Of a stretch of 64,000 nucleotides of DNA, positions 9,694-23,754 are shown piece after piece (the first letter of the stretch is position 1; each line of letters opens with the position of its first letter). A model generated the notes under the pieces. It had not been told where the DNA came from and did not search any database. It was given only the letters and a program-made list of their open reading frames with translations. The DNA lies in NCBI GenBank assembly GCA_964016885.1, contig OZ024740.1, positions 253,766,001-253,830,000 on the forward strand, written 5' to 3'. The position numbers were made by a program, and so were the translations under genes. The DNA comes from Eledone cirrhosa (Eukaryota).

Positions 9694-11555
9694 CTTTCCT
9701 TTTCTTCTTTAAAAATAATTCTAATAATTATTTAAATATACCTAGCGTCTAAACATAACGGTCTTTTTCAGTTTTAAAGTTTTAACGTTATCCTCATTAG
9801 CATATTCATCTCGATGTTTGAAGTTTTATTCACTATTTACATAGAACTCATAACATTAAGTTCATATGTAGATATGTCACTATCTGTAAACCAATTTTTG
9901 TATTTTATCTGATGAGACATATCTACATATGAACTTAATGTTATGAGTTCTATGTAAATAGTGAATAAAACTTCAAACATCGAGATGAATATGCTAATGA
10001 GGATAACGTTAAAACTTTAAAACTGAAAAAGACCGTTATGCTTTTGAGAGCGTACCAAAATACTGGTACCCTTGAAATATATATAATAAAATAAATATAG
10101 TTTTATAAAGATAGTTTCCATTTATTAATATTATATATATATATATGTGTGTGTGTGTAATTAATTTGAGTATGTGTTGGTTAATCACTGACACTTCAGT
10201 ATGCAGAGTATAGCACTCGGTGAAGTGCGCAGTAGGACCACACCACTGAGCAATCTACAAGTGGGAACACACTCAACAAAGGAATCAACACCACAACACA
10301 ACTACTCCTACCACTATTTGACCCGCTATACTACACATGAATATATCCATGTGGCGTTGACAATCGTGAGAATGAATACTCAATATTGAAATATTATTTA
10401 CAAGAAATATTATTTACAAGGTCTCTTTGCATTTTTTATTTTTTTGTTTTTACTGAATTAAAGTGCCAGAGATAGTTGAAGTCCCAAGATAGCTGAAAAC
10501 CTAGATGTCCGGCTATGGGTTTACATGGCTCTGCATTTAATGGCTAAGCAAACAACTAAATAAGTCTTTTATTAAACCAGCCCTAACAAAAAATATACAT
10601 CCCTTCCATTCTGGAGTCTGTAGGATTGTCCTGTAAGAAGAGGCTCGACGGGCTTACTCTTTTCTCTAAGGTAAAAGTAGATGCCTATGGCATACAAAAG
10701 TATACGATAGTTTTGCTCTTTCACATTCACTAAATGCTGTGATGGTGGTGAGAGCTACTACATCGTTGACCGAACAAGGTAGATAATGGCCATTACAAGT
10801 AAATTACACTGTTCAACTCTTGACATTTTAGGCGTTTGGAAGAGCAGGGCCATTAACAATGATTGGTGGTGGAGGTATGTCTCATATGATAATTATTTAA
10901 GTGAATTTATAATATAGAATTCGGTTTAAGTGCATTTCGTATTAATCATTACTAAACATCTAATATGAGATATTGAACATTAGCTTAAATAATTATTGTG
11001 TCGTCTTGAGTTCATAATGACTCTCTTTTTTATAAAAGGATGCCACAGAGTGTACGATAGATAATTATTACAATATTTTTGAGCAACAACTCTAGTCCCA
11101 CACTTTTGAAGGTTTATTATAACATTCTGTGGCTCTTTTGAGCTTGCGCAGTTTTCAGGTTTTAGTATATATATACGAGCAACGAGTGAAAATTTTTAGC
11201 TTTCAAGAAATACTGACAAATACAAGTATTTTCTTCTTTTATTTTTCAACATAGTCTCTTTTTGAGTCCACTCACTTCTTCGACCAGTACAGAAGTGTCT
11301 TTTATTATTCTAAAATATTTATACATTAATATTTATACATTTTTACAGGAGAAAATAGACAATAACAATGAAAATTAATCAAAACTCCCTCAATTGAACA
11401 CTAACAGGGAATACTGGTGTATGCTGCCAGTAAACATTCATGGAGTTCTTCAGTAAGCACTAGCTCTTATTAGATGGAGGCTATCTGAATTACATAACTC
11501 ACCAATGTTCCCCACATGGAAAGCATCTACGCAATCCTTAGAAAATTAATCACTC

Positions 11556-12007
11556 ACAGAATGCTGATCTGCTGATCAGATCACTAAAATACTGACCAGA
11601 TCACTAGAATACTGACCAGATCAATAGAATACTGACCGGATCAATAGAATACTGACCAGATCACTAGAATACTGACCGGATCAACAGAATACTGACCGGA
11701 TCAATAGAATGCTGACCAGATTGATAGAATACTGACCAGCTTGATAGAATACTGACCAGATCAATAGAATACTGATTAGATCAATAAAATGCTGATCAAT
11801 TCTATAGAATACTGACCAGCTCGATAGAATACCGACCAGATTAATAGAATACTGACCAGATCGATAGAATACTGACCATATCAATAGAATACTGATTAGA
11901 TCAATAAAATACTGATCAACTCTATAGAATACTGACCAGCTCGATAGAATATTGATCAGAGCAAAAGAATACTGAACAGATCAGTAGAATATTGAACAGA
12001 TCACTAA
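11556..12007. repeat. 20-bp minisatellite (TCAATAGAATACTGACCAGA)n, ~22 copies
   Basis: Direct 20-bp periodicity with point variants. Confidence 0.95.
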
Positions 12008-13020
12008 AAAAAAAGATGAATGAGTTAAAAATTATTCAATTGTAAATTATCCCGTCACAGAATGAACATATCCTGTTGTGTAACTAACAAACTAACAAAC
12101 ACAGCCCCTCCACAGTAATAGAACTTCAGTCATTCCTTGGCTGGAAATAATCCATGTTGAATAGGAAAAAAATGTTGCCCACCCAAGAGAAGTAACATGA
12201 ATAAAATAGGGGAAACAGGGTAGAAAAGAAGATTTACATAAGACCAACTCTACTGAGTCATTTTGGTATTGGAGCCTGTTCAAAGGAATTTGGAACAAGT
12301 TACCAAATTTTTTAGTTTTTCATAAATGAAGTTGTTAAAAGTTGAAGGGACAATGGGGCACTAATTGAGGCACTAGCCCTGGGAAATATGTAACAACTTA
12401 GGGATAAACAAATAATTTTTAAGAATAAAAACTACTTGATGAAGCTCATCTATATTTTTAAATAATTGTTTTAGGTTTGAATAAACGCCACTGATGATGA
12501 AAAAAAATCTTGAAATAGTAACATCTGACATTCTCACATAGCTACTGAAGTCCAACTTACGCCTGCATGAAAAGCAAACATAAAAAGATGATGGTGACCT
12601 TTGAGAAAAAAGTGGGCTTAAATGCAATATCAGAAATTGTAGCTCTAACATAACACAATTGTGAAATCAGAGGGGACATAATAGAGAAAATAGATCCATT
12701 GTAGCCTCATGATGAGAAAATAAATGATCCAAATTTTACATAAGAATCTTTAACTTGAAAACCCCTACAACAATGTTCCTCAGTTACCAATTTCCTTGTT
12801 GCAAGGACCTTTTCATAGGAGTTCCCTAAACATGCATCATCAAGCTATCAAAGATTCAAATCCAAGTCGGATCCCAATCTAGCAATATCGTCAATAACCC
12901 AACAGTAACAATGGGATCCCTCTGATGAACTAGGACAGAAAGAATAAATTAGACATCATCAGGTGTTGGCACAACATGGTTCAGAATTCCTAAAGCTATC
13001 ATGATTACAGGTTTTAAGGT

Positions 13021-16000
13021 TTTATTCCAATTTTCATTGACAATACAAAATTATGCCCACTTGCTATTTGTGTTGCCAGTTCACACATAACTTATGTAGT
13101 CTGCACCACCAATAGTTTCCACTGTTCCCTGCTGTTTTATACTCGTGTCACGTATGATGATAGAGTTACCGTTAGGGTTACTTTTTCAATCAGAAGATCC
13201 ATTTTATTTCATACATGAATTCTTTTTAGGACTTCTGTGTTCTTTTGGAGCAGATATTCAGGTAATGTCTGTCTGGGAAAGCTAAACATTTGTTCATGAG
13301 GTGTTTTATTTCATTGATATGCAGAGAAGTCCTCTTATACAAGATAAAGCCAGAGGTAGCACGCTTTCCCAGTGGTCTCTATCTAACTGTTTACTCCTGA
13401 GTTCAAAATTTAATGTTTTTAGGAGTACCTCATTGATTCTTTCGCACTGACCATTTCCTTGCGATCGATATGGTGTCGTGCGAGTCTTCCCAATGTTATT
13501 CAACAGAAGAAATCATCTGAGACATTCGCTTTCAAACTGTGCTCTTCTGTCTGAATGTATAGCCGAGGGAGCCCAAACAGACAAAACAAGTTTTTTTAGT
13601 TTTCTAATGATTGTCACTGAGGACATATCAGAACATGGATATGCAAATGGGTATCTGGAAAATTCGTCCACTATAACTAATATATATTTTTCATTCATGT
13701 AAGATGGAAGAGGGCCGATGAAATCCATTGATAACCTTTCCCATGGATGCGTTGCAGTGATCAACTTAGAAGGAACTGAATTATGGAAACAAGGTTTCAG
13801 CTCTTGGTCTCCTTAATTTCTCGTATTGAGAAAAGTAAATTTTGAGGTCGACAGAAATAAATCATCCAGGTCACACCTGTATGGCACAATCTTTCATTCA
13901 GAGCTAGCAATGTGTTCTGTGAATTAAGAGAAATTACAGCACATCTTGAAAGAGCATCAGCAGCCTTATTTTCAGACCTAGGTCTGTATGATATGACAAA
14001 GTGATATCTCAACAGTTCTAGTTTCCATCTGGCAATTTGATTGTTTTTTATTTTTGTTCAAGTAGTACTGTAAATAATGTAGGCCACTGATCTCTGATCA
14101 GTTATGATTGTGAAAAGTGGTACCATGTTTAGTATGTGCTTCTATTTTTTACAACATTCAACAATAGCCTGTGCCTCACATTCCACGGTTGATTGCCTTT
14201 GTTCTGAAATAGACAGAGTCTTAGACATGAAGGCAACAAGTCTGCCTTCTTGATGCAAGGTACCTCTTTTGCTACCCCCCAATGCATCAGTTTCAAGCAC
14301 AAGTGGTGTGTTCATACGAAGCATGTTCAGTGATGCAGACTTGAGTCGTTGTTTAATGAACTTGATAGCGTTTAAGCTTTCCGTAGATAGAATGAGACAA
14401 TATAACTTCACACAGTTATCTCTTGCCTGTATTAAAGGTCTGATCAAGTTAGCACATCCTTTAATCCATTTGGTGTAGTAAGCAACTAATCCAAGGAAGC
14501 TATTAAGTTGAGGAATCTTATTTGGAACAGTTTTAAATCATTCTGGGCCTGGTCTAATGTTACTATTTTCTATTTTGTGACCCAAGAAATTTAGTTTTGT
14601 CAGTCTGTATTCACATTTGGAGTCATTCACAGTAATTTTTGCTAACTTTGCCACTTTTATAAATTGAGATTTTGATCATGATCTGGGTAACCTTTTCCAC
14701 AAATAATTATGTTGTTGAGATATACAAAGGTATTGGTTAATGCATTAGAATTAATAAAATCATCAATTATACGTTGAAAAATGGGGGCTGCATTAATACA
14801 CCCTTAAGGTAACCTACAAATATTATATAACCGTCCATAGGCTTCAAATGCTGTAAATGGCATATCTCTTCCCTTCAGTTCAATTTGATGATATGCCGAC
14901 TTCAAATCAATTTTGCTAAATACTTTATTACATCTCACTTGTTGAAAGATATAATAGATGTTTGCAGGAGGATATGGTTTTAGAGTAGTCAACTAGCAAC
15001 CTTTTTTTTTTTGTGGTGTTGGTGGTTCCTTTCTTTGTACGACGAATCACTGAGCATGCAAAGCCTTTGACTCTCAGTTATGATTCCATCGTTAAGTAGG
15101 CAATGTACTTCTTTAGCTATAAATGGGTCAGTGATTATGTGTTGAGAAGGTGTTGCAATTGGCTTCAGTTTATTTATGCCTACTTCCAAAATGAGGTTGT
15201 ATTTCTTTCAGGTCATTGCAGAGAGAGTGAGATAATAGGTTATTGGTGGCTTTGATTCTCCCAGTTGAAAAGATACCAATGAGTGAGCATGGAGAATATC
15301 TATGTCTTTTATCAAAGGTACCACAAGAGATTTAATCAAATAAATTTACTGAATATAGTATATTGTTGCAGGTAATTTGACAACATGTTTTTTCCCAAGA
15401 TGTGAACTTTTGATTTGTCTGCCATAGAGATAATATTTCAATAAGGCTGGATACTGAAGTTACATTTTAATGCCATGTCTTTGTTATAAATGAAAGATCA
15501 GATCCTGTGTCCATAATTGTTTCGATAGCATGTCCATTTATATGTGATATTGTTTTATTTTGTTTATCTCAGTCACAAACTGGAGTTAGTATTCAACTGA
15601 ATCTGAAGTACCATCTTCAACTGAGTTATTTACGGTCTGTAGAGCTGCAATTTTCTGCTTAGACTTTGATTTGTTTTTGGCTAAGCATACAGATTTCCAA
15701 TGCCCTTTCTTATGGCAGTTGTTGCAGATTGAATCTTTTGCAGGACATCTTGAGCATTCATGCCTTCGCCCTCCACAAAAGAAGCATTTGCCAGTATTGG
15801 TACAGATAGCTGATATTGATGGTTGAACTGAAACTGAAGATGGCTGATTTTCTTAGTGGACAAGTGATTCAGCGTTACCTTGAGAGTCTTTAATTGCTAA
15901 CTCAAGTGTAAGAGCCTGTTTATGAATGTGTAAGAGCCTTTCATCAGTTGATTCTAATAGTTTTTGCCTTATTTGTGGGGATAATAGTCGAGAAATGAAG

Positions 16001-16527
16001 GCATCACCAACAAGCACATCATGATGTTGATCAGCAGCTAATGATTCAGTTGGACATTTTCTTGCTAAATGTTTTAGTTCATTCATGAAGTCGTCAACTG
16101 ATTCACCTTCCATTTACTTTTGTGTTCTTAGTTTGTGACACATCATTATGGCTGTAGATTGTTAATTAAATTAATCATCTAGTATGGTTATGGCTTGGTT
16201 GTAATTCACATAATTTTGAATGTAGACAAAAGTCTGTGTCCACATAACACAAATAATATTGAGAAATTATCCTCTTCTGATATTTCAGCTTTTTCCTTGT
16301 AAATCCCAAACATTTACGTCCAGTAGAAATATTCTTCCTCAGCAGGACTTTCACTGAGAGTGAAAGAATTTAGCACCCATGTCAATAAAGATTGGAATAA
16401 ATTGAGCACGCCAAATTCACAGTAGTAAGAAGTTTATTCCAATCTTCACTGACAATACAAAATTATAGCCACTTGCAATTAATGTTGCCGGTTCACACAT
16501 AACTTATGTAGTCTGCGCCAACCAATG
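13021..16527 (-). mobile_element. Degenerate Ty3/Gypsy LTR retrotransposon (gag-PR-RT-RH-IN)
   Basis: Gag GESVDDFMNELKHLARKC; CCHC knuckles at ~15700-15795; protease IMDTGSD at ~15510; RT FSKIDLKSAYHQI; RNase H LETDA; integrase PWERLSMDFIGPLP and TTPYRSQGNGQCER. Many stops and frameshifts. LTR-like direct repeat 13021-13113 ~ 16433-16527. Confidence 0.92.
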
Positions 16528-16569
16528 TGGTGGCAGCTGATTGGTTGATTAAAACAAATTTTATAACAA

Positions 16570-16700
16570 TCATAAAGATGGTTACAGAACTAATATTGTA
16601 AAGCTATGATGGTTTACAGATCTAATATCATAAAGCTATGATGGTTACAGATTAGATATCATAAAGCTATGATTGTTACATATTTAATATCATAAAGCTG
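16570..16700. repeat. ~30-bp tandem repeat (ATATCATAAAGCTATGATGGTTACAG..), 4-5 copies
   Basis: Visible periodicity. Confidence 0.8.
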
Positions 16701-17316
16701 GGATTCATCACAGTTTTCAGTGCTTAACATCTTGTGAGATAAAATTATTCGAGAAAAAAAGGTAAAATATTATGTATAAAGTTTCATATTAATTGAAACT
16801 ATTTTCACAACCCCTCTTTTCACATTGTTTCTTCAATGCGATGCTCTTCTTATCGCCAACCACTTTACAGGGTTTATTGAGTGAAGTTTTTGTGGCACCA
16901 GCACTAGAGAGGTTGTCAATCATTGACTCAACTGAAGAAAGTTCTCTACTCTTGAAATAATACAGTGACTATAGTCAGTCATGTATCTGTATATAGACTG
17001 TTATATAGCTTAAGTCAGCGGCTGTTGGTATATTTAATGTCAGAAACATTAACATTTAAACTAGAAACTAATACATGGTTAGGAAAATTACAACATTTAG
17101 TCGATGATTAAATATTTTTCTTTTTCTGTTTTTACTTTCCATCAATTTAAGTGAAGTTGTCTCCCCTTATTTATAAAATACCCATCAGTCTATGTTAAAT
17201 GTAAATAATTCTTTAACTAAAGTGTCATTTTTGTAACCATTTCGTGACTCTATTTCTAATTATTTTATGCTGAATTTTGAAACATTTAATATGTTTTGAA
17301 ACATTTAATAAAATTA

Positions 17317-17507
17317 AGGCGGTGGATTGGCAGTATCGGTAGAGGGTCGGACGCCATGCTTTCCAGCGTAGTTACGTCCCTTTACGATCTAAGTTCAAAT
17401 CCCGCTGAGGTTGACTTTGCCTTTCATCCTTACGGGGTCGATAAAATAAAGTACCAGTAATGCACTGGGTAATTGCTGGCCTTGTGCCTAAAGTAGAAAC
17501 AATTATT
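17317..17507 (+). mobile_element. Full-length tRNA-head SINE (~190 bp)
   Basis: GGCGGTGGATTGGCAGTATCGGTAGAG...GTTCAAATCCCGC...GATAAAATAAAGTACCAG...AGTAGAAACAATTATT; many copies in the window. Confidence 0.85.
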
Positions 17508-17943
17508 AATTATTTCATTACTAAGATATAGCATAACATATATATATTTCTTTAATACACCATTTGTTATCACACACACACTTGTACATTCACCCCTAGA
17601 TTCCTATGGCTCTCTTATGGTCAGAAACATATACTCTTATAACGAATACAGACCAACAAAATAAATACACTTTACTTTTCCCTTCACAGCTCTGTATACA
17701 CACACACACACACACACTTATATTAACATAATTTTGCTCACAGCTTCGTACTTACAAGCACTCACACACACTCCTTTACTTACATATACGCACACATATC
17801 CTCTTAGCTTCATATGATGTATAATAACACACACATGCATACACACGTGCACATTTATAGCTCCTATATACAAAATGTTTTTTTTTCATTTCAGGTAGAC
17901 GCGCTCCATCATCCACTTTTCAAAAAAAGTATATCATACACAA

Positions 17944-20675
17944 AACGCCAGTATCAACAGTTTTCCAAGAGATGGCAACACGAATGGACCTGTTATTTTT
18001 CTCTAAAACCATTTTTTCTGATTCTGCCTCGCCTATCCCTTCAATCCTTCTAATTACTCATTCTTTCTTTTGATGAAGAACTAGCGTCCAAAATGTTAAG
18101 ATTCTCTTCCTGCTATTTCAAGCGTTAACCTAATATATTCCTTCCATATACTGTATTGGTGTTGTTATTTCTATTTACCTTTTACATATATATATATATA
18201 TGACACCCATTTTTACCGCCTTTTATCCTCTGACACCGTCCCTGGCTACCAACAGCTTGTGTCCTCTACCAACTCATCTCCTCCCTCCCCCTCAGCTACC
18301 AGCCTTATAGTACGTACCCCTCACACACACCATCTACTTCCTCCCCAAAATACATAAATCTAATAATCCCGCTGTCCTATCATTTCCGCCTGTAACTGCC
18401 CCACCTAAATCATCTCACAATACTTTGATATCCTCCTTGCCCCCTTAGTTGCCAACCTCCTCTCCCACATCCATGACACCTTAGACTTTTCAACTACTTG
18501 TCCTTCTCTCTTGGCCCCTTTTGCCATCTCTCCACCCTGGACTTACCTGTCTCTATACCGTCATCTCTCATGATGGCGGCCTCCATACTCTCTGACACTT
18601 TGTAGACCTTTCCCCTTACCCTAGCACTTCCACTCTTTTCCATCTTACTGAACTTGTTCTGACCCTCAATGGGTTTTCCTTTTACCAACAGGTCTCTGGG
18701 TAGCAATGGGAACCAGAATGGGTCCGAACTATGCCAACTTGTTTGTTGGCTATGTTGAGTCCCAGATCTTCTCCCAGTACATTAGACCTAACCCTGATCT
18801 AAATGGTCGTTACATCAACAACTATATCTGGACCACATCTCTCGCCTGTGAACAGCTCAACTGCTTTCTTTCCTTCATCCAGTCTTTTCATCCTGCTCTC
18901 ACCTTCACCACCTCTGTCTCTTCTGTCCGATTTCTCAACATCTCTCTCTCACCATACCCTCTCTACTTCCATCTTCTACAAACCCACTGACCCCCACTCA
19001 TACCTTGACTTCACTCCTCCCACTCCACCCACACCAAACTCTCTATACCCTACTTCCAATTCCTCTGTTTTTATTGGCTCTGCATGGCTTCTCACTTCAT
19101 CCAGCATGGATATCCTCCCACCGTCATTCAAGCTGCCCCTTATATGCCCGTAATACTGACCACACCATAGCCCTCTCACCCCACCACACCCTTCTTCCTT
19201 TCCCTCTCACCTGCCACCTGTCTAATCATTGTTTCTGAACCTTCGTTTTCGACCACTTAACTTCTCGCTTCTTTCCCAACCTACCCATCACTGCCTTTAA
19301 GCACACCCATAATCTCCATGATCTTCTTGTGCACAGTTCCTTCTGCCTCTCCTCTTGGATGGACCCACCCCCTTGGTTCCCATCCTTATTCTTGTCCGCG
19401 CTTTAACACCTGCCACTACATCACCAGCCTCACCATTCTCACAGGTATGAACAAATCCTTTTGCATTCACCACTCCTTCATTTGCACCTCCACCAATATC
19501 GTCTATGCCCTCTGGTGTTCCCTTTGTGGGTCTATATACATTAGCATACTTATAAACATATGACAAGGTAAATACACTCCTGTCACTCATCACTTCTGTT
19601 TCTCCAACCACTCTCATCAAAACCTCACTGTCTAAGGCCTCTTTTACATCACAGATCCACAGCCACTCACACCAGGAGCAGGCAGAACTTAATTTTCCGC
19701 CTTGGAACCTCTTTTCCATATAGCCTCAATTCCCTTGCTCCACAATTCATTTAACCTCCCTTTACCCTTGCTCTCACACAAACACTCACACATATATATA
19801 CACACACACACAACTCCAGTCACTGCATAATACACACTCACATTTACAACCCCTGTATTTATATACCACTCCACACATATCTACTTCTGCACACACCTAA
19901 CCATCCACTCTACACTTTTGGATGCGTGCACCCACCCACACGCACACTACCGACACACTTTCCTGAGCTCACATCCATGTGTGCTTGATTCTCTTGCGCA
20001 CACCACGTCTGATTTTGTGTGGCACCCAGTGCCAGGGCTGTGGCGTTGTCAGTGGTGAATGTTTCCTAACATTTACTCTATCCCCACCACTTCCACGCTC
20101 CATCCACGCACGTAAAAACTTCACACCTGGCAGCTTAGCCGTTCACGGTTGTCACTGTATGCAAAGTCATGCAACTTCTCTTACAACCATACCAGATTAT
20201 GAAATATCTCGGCTGCTGCTATGTGTGTGTTTATGTACATATTTGTTGAAATTCATATACATTCTTATACACCCCTTACGTCGGTCAGCAGCCAGCTTGT
20301 CACACTTCAAGGCTTCCCCTTCAAACATATGAACACTCCTTCATGCATGCACGCACACACACACACACACACCAAGACACACACGTGCATACTCATTATA
20401 CATTAGTTATCTCCCTTCGTAAACCCCACTTTGCTGAAGATACCACTCATCAGACACTTTCTAAGATGGCCAACTGAATATGCACGTTTTTTCCCCCCAT
20501 TTTCCCATTTCCTTCCTCTCATCACACTTTATTTTCTATTTATCTTCTATTTCTAAATCTATCTTCTGATGAAGGACATTAAGACTCTCTTCCTGCTATT
20601 TCAGGCATTAAACCAATATATTTCTTCCATGTACTGTGCCTTTTGTTTTCTTATTTCTGTTTACATCTTTGACAT
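17944..20675 (+). mobile_element. Degraded Penelope-like element (RT + GIY-YIG) between direct pseudo-LTRs
   Basis: YFLPKIHK (~18335), AMGTRMGPNYANLFVGYVE, RYINN (degenerate RYIDD), FYKPTD.HSYL, and FICTSTNIVYALWCSLCGSIYI (GIY-YIG). The repeats at 17944-18185 and 20450-20675 carry mutated HHR cores. Confidence 0.85.
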
Positions 20676-20701
20676 ACATATATATACACACACACACACA
20701 C

Positions 20702-20755
<54 letters not shown>

Positions 20756-20757
<2 letters not shown>

Positions 20758-21915
20758 CGTTTCTGAATTTGTTTAGCAAGATTCTTTATCTGAAAACGTG
20801 TGTTGAAACCGATATTGTTATACACGTTGGGAGGGTCATGTTGCCAATAAGAAACACATGCGCCAATTGCTTTCACTTCAATTTATTATAATAAATTTAT
20901 AAATTTAGGAATTTATAAATTTCCGGTTGGTTGGTTGGTTCCACAACCAGATGGTTGTTTATATATTGTCAAAGTTCTTTCGTCACACATTCTGTGACCT
21001 CTTCAGTGACTGGGGATTCTTTTCTTTGTTTTTGTGCCTCTCCTTTGTTCTGTCCTACGCCATTTTGTTTCAGTGTGTGTGTTGTGTGCTCAGTCTGCGC
21101 ATGCACCACATCCGGGTGTCTGTGTGTGTTTATATTCGTTTATTTATTTGTTTATTTACATGTTACAGGTTGGTTGTTTGTTCTATGTGCGTGTGTGTTT
21201 TCATTTTGTCCTTAATTGTAAGTTGTGATGTTGCTGTTCCACTCATGTTTTCTATTTAATTTTGGTTGTAATTCTTTTATGTTTATTGCCTCTGTGATTT
21301 GTCTAAACATTGCGTCTTTTCTGTGTGTAGATTCTATTTTTATTTCTATGTTCTCTAATTTACCCTTATGTTCTATTTTAGCATGTTGGTAGAGTACAGA
21401 TGATTCTTTACTATCTTGAAGGTCTCGCCAGTGTTCATTTATCCGTTCCCCTACACTACGAGCTGTCTCACCTATGTACACTATATTTTTGTCTCTACAT
21501 TGTTCTTCAGTACATCTTATGCTATATACTACATTTCTAGTTTTACAGTTAATATGGGGGCTTAATTTACAGGTTATACATTTCTTATGTATACAGGGGG
21601 GTCTTTGAAAAGGGTATGTCTTGCTAATGAGTGTTTTTACGGAGGTACCTGGTCTTTCTACTATCTTAATATTGAGTTTATGTTTATCTGGGGCCCTTCT
21701 AAATTTATAAGCTAATTCACCTCTAGGGGTTGTATCGATGAACATTACACTCTGGTATTTATTGCTATCATACCATGAGTTTATTCTATTAGCCTTATTC
21801 CTAGTTCTTTCTATTCTATTCCAAAATTTGCTCCTATGCAAGGGGCAGGTCCCATTTGTGTCATTATTTACCATTTTTTCCCATTTGGTTCTGGCTCCTC
21901 TATACGCTCTGTGTA
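20756..21915 (-). mobile_element. 3' part of a Penelope-like element (GIY-YIG endonuclease + pseudo-LTR)
   Basis: ORF 21212-~21915 contains NCKTRNVVYSIRC...VYIGETARSVGERINEH...RQITEAINI..LQPKLNRKHEW. Confidence 0.9.
20968..21010 (-). ncRNA. Hammerhead ribozyme motif in PLE 3' repeat
   Basis: Reverse complement reads gtca-CTGAAGA-g-gtcaca(gaatg)tgtgac-GAAA-gaac-TT-tgac. Confidence 0.65.
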
Positions 21916-21916
21916 G

Positions 21917-23085
21917 AAGAGGAGGTTGCGTTGGTATGGACATGTGATGCAAATGAAGGATGATAGCTGCATAAAAAGGTGCAGAGCACTAAAAGTCGAT
22001 GGAAGCCATGTTGTGGGGAGACCCATAAAGACCTGGGATGAGGTGATAAAAGCCGACCTTACCCAATTGCACCTCTCAAAGGCGATGACACAGTAATACA
22101 GAAGACCTGACTTCCCACGGGTACAAGCCAAAGCTGAAGCATATAGACAATATTCTCCCATCCCCTCCCACTGTAAAGTGGTCGTGTAGGTGTCATGACA
22201 AAAAATCACCCAATCCACACCGTAAAGTGGATGTGTAGGGGTCACAGTAAAAAAGCACCCAGTACTCACTAAAAATGAGGTTGGTGTTAGGAATGGCATC
22301 CAGCTGTTGAAATCAAGCCAAAATCAGTTCCATATGAGCAAGACATGGTCACCTGACTTGGCATCACCCACAACAGGACAACCCGTCTAACCCATACTAG
22401 CGTGGAAGAATGGACGTAAAACGGTGATGATGATGATGATGATGATTATGATAATGAAATGAAGCTTCTATGCTCTGTTGGATATAGTAATTTATGTGAA
22501 CTGCAAAGCATAATCAAACTGAGAGAGAAACTAGGCATAAGAGGAATTGGATGCAGTGTGCAGGAAAGGAAACTGCATTGGTATGGATATGTGACGTGTA
22601 TGAAGGATGACAGCTGTATAAAAAGGTGCAGAGTGCTCAAAGTTGATGGAAGCCTCGGAGTTGGGAGACAGAGAAAGACTTGAGATGACTTTGTTCAATT
22701 GCACCTCTCAAAGACAATGACACAGGACCAGGAATTCTGGCGTTATGAAGTAATACAGAAGACCCACCTTCCCATGGGCACAGGCTGAAACTGAAGCATA
22801 CATATATATAGTATGCATTTCTCATGAGGTCAGGCTGTACCATACATCCAGTGAAGCCTCTAGCCCACACTGTAAAGTGGTCATGACGGTGATACAACAT
22901 AAAAGCACCTAGCCCACACTGTACATGTGGTTGGCGTTAGGAAGGGCATCCAGCCATAGAAATCAAGCCAGAAATAGTTCTGTGTGAGTAAGACACAGTC
23001 ATCTGACCAAACTTGTCTCAAACGGTAAAACACGTCAAACCCATGCTGGCATGGAAAAATGGACGTTAAATGGGGATGATTGTGA
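21917..23085 (+). mobile_element. Cluster of RTE LINE 3' fragments and RTE-tailed SINEs
   Basis: RLRWYGHV..MKDDSCIKRCR at 21920 and 22560; SINE core GGAAGGGCATCCAGC...ACCCATGC..GGACGT(T)AAA-(GAT)n at 22200-22447 and 22905-23085. Confidence 0.8.
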
Positions 23086-23754
23086 TATATATATTTATAT
23101 TTATATATATTATACACAATATATATATATATATATAATTTGATCGCCATTTAATGTCTGTTTCCCTGCTGAACTTCCGCAGTTTCTGTCTACCAACCTA
23201 CCAAACTCCACTCACAAATCATTGATATCCACCCAAGACTATAGTAAAAAATATTCACAAAGAGTGAACCCAGAACCAAATGGTTACAAAGCAAACTAAT
23301 TAACCACACATCCAAGCCTGTCTTCATAAAATATACTATTTGACATGTTGACATTTCACAGCAGTTGAAAACAGTGAAATATATTTGACAGATTACTTCT
23401 TCCTCCTGTCATAAAGTTTGATATTTTATATTTTATACATTCTACACTTCAAACAACAATGTTTTGTTTGTTGGTTTTTTTTTGTGCTGTTTAATCTGGG
23501 GGAAGGGGGGGACTTAACATTTTTATAGGGCCTCCAAGAGGTGATGGTAGTGAAGATTGTAGTGCTAATAATTTTGTTATTTATTTAAAGATAAACTTTT
23601 TAAACAAACATCTTTGTATGATAGGCAGAAGAGTGGACTTTATGGGGTTTGGTATGAAAAGTGTTAAATGTTGGGGTCAAGTAGGATTTCTCTGGGGAGA
23701 TAGAAAAATAAAACTTCAAGAATTAGTGGAATGGCATAAGTAGAGGAATTTACA

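Larger units (their letters stand above)
5565..10133 (+). mobile_element. Degraded Penelope-like element with inverted 5' pseudo-LTR, interrupted by nested insertions
   Basis: 5565-5748 is the reverse complement of 9816-9915 plus 10046-10133 and carries an HHR-like motif (5605-5663, - strand, core mutated to CTAATGA). ~5905-5985 reads PFIPRQPKINMKDHKN..KIRVI, like the PLE pre-RT ITLKDHK motif. Confidence 0.6.

Noticed and set aside
11556-12007. CRISPR-like regular repeats
   Set aside because: Head-to-tail 20-mers with no unique spacers, no cas genes and a eukaryotic context.
10400-13000. Possible additional host exons in unique-looking sequence
   Set aside because: The candidate AG/GT-bounded segments I tried hit stops, and no recognisable protein motif was found.
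17317-17420. tRNA gene
   Set aside because: A/B-box-like head of a multi-copy SINE; no complete cloverleaf.
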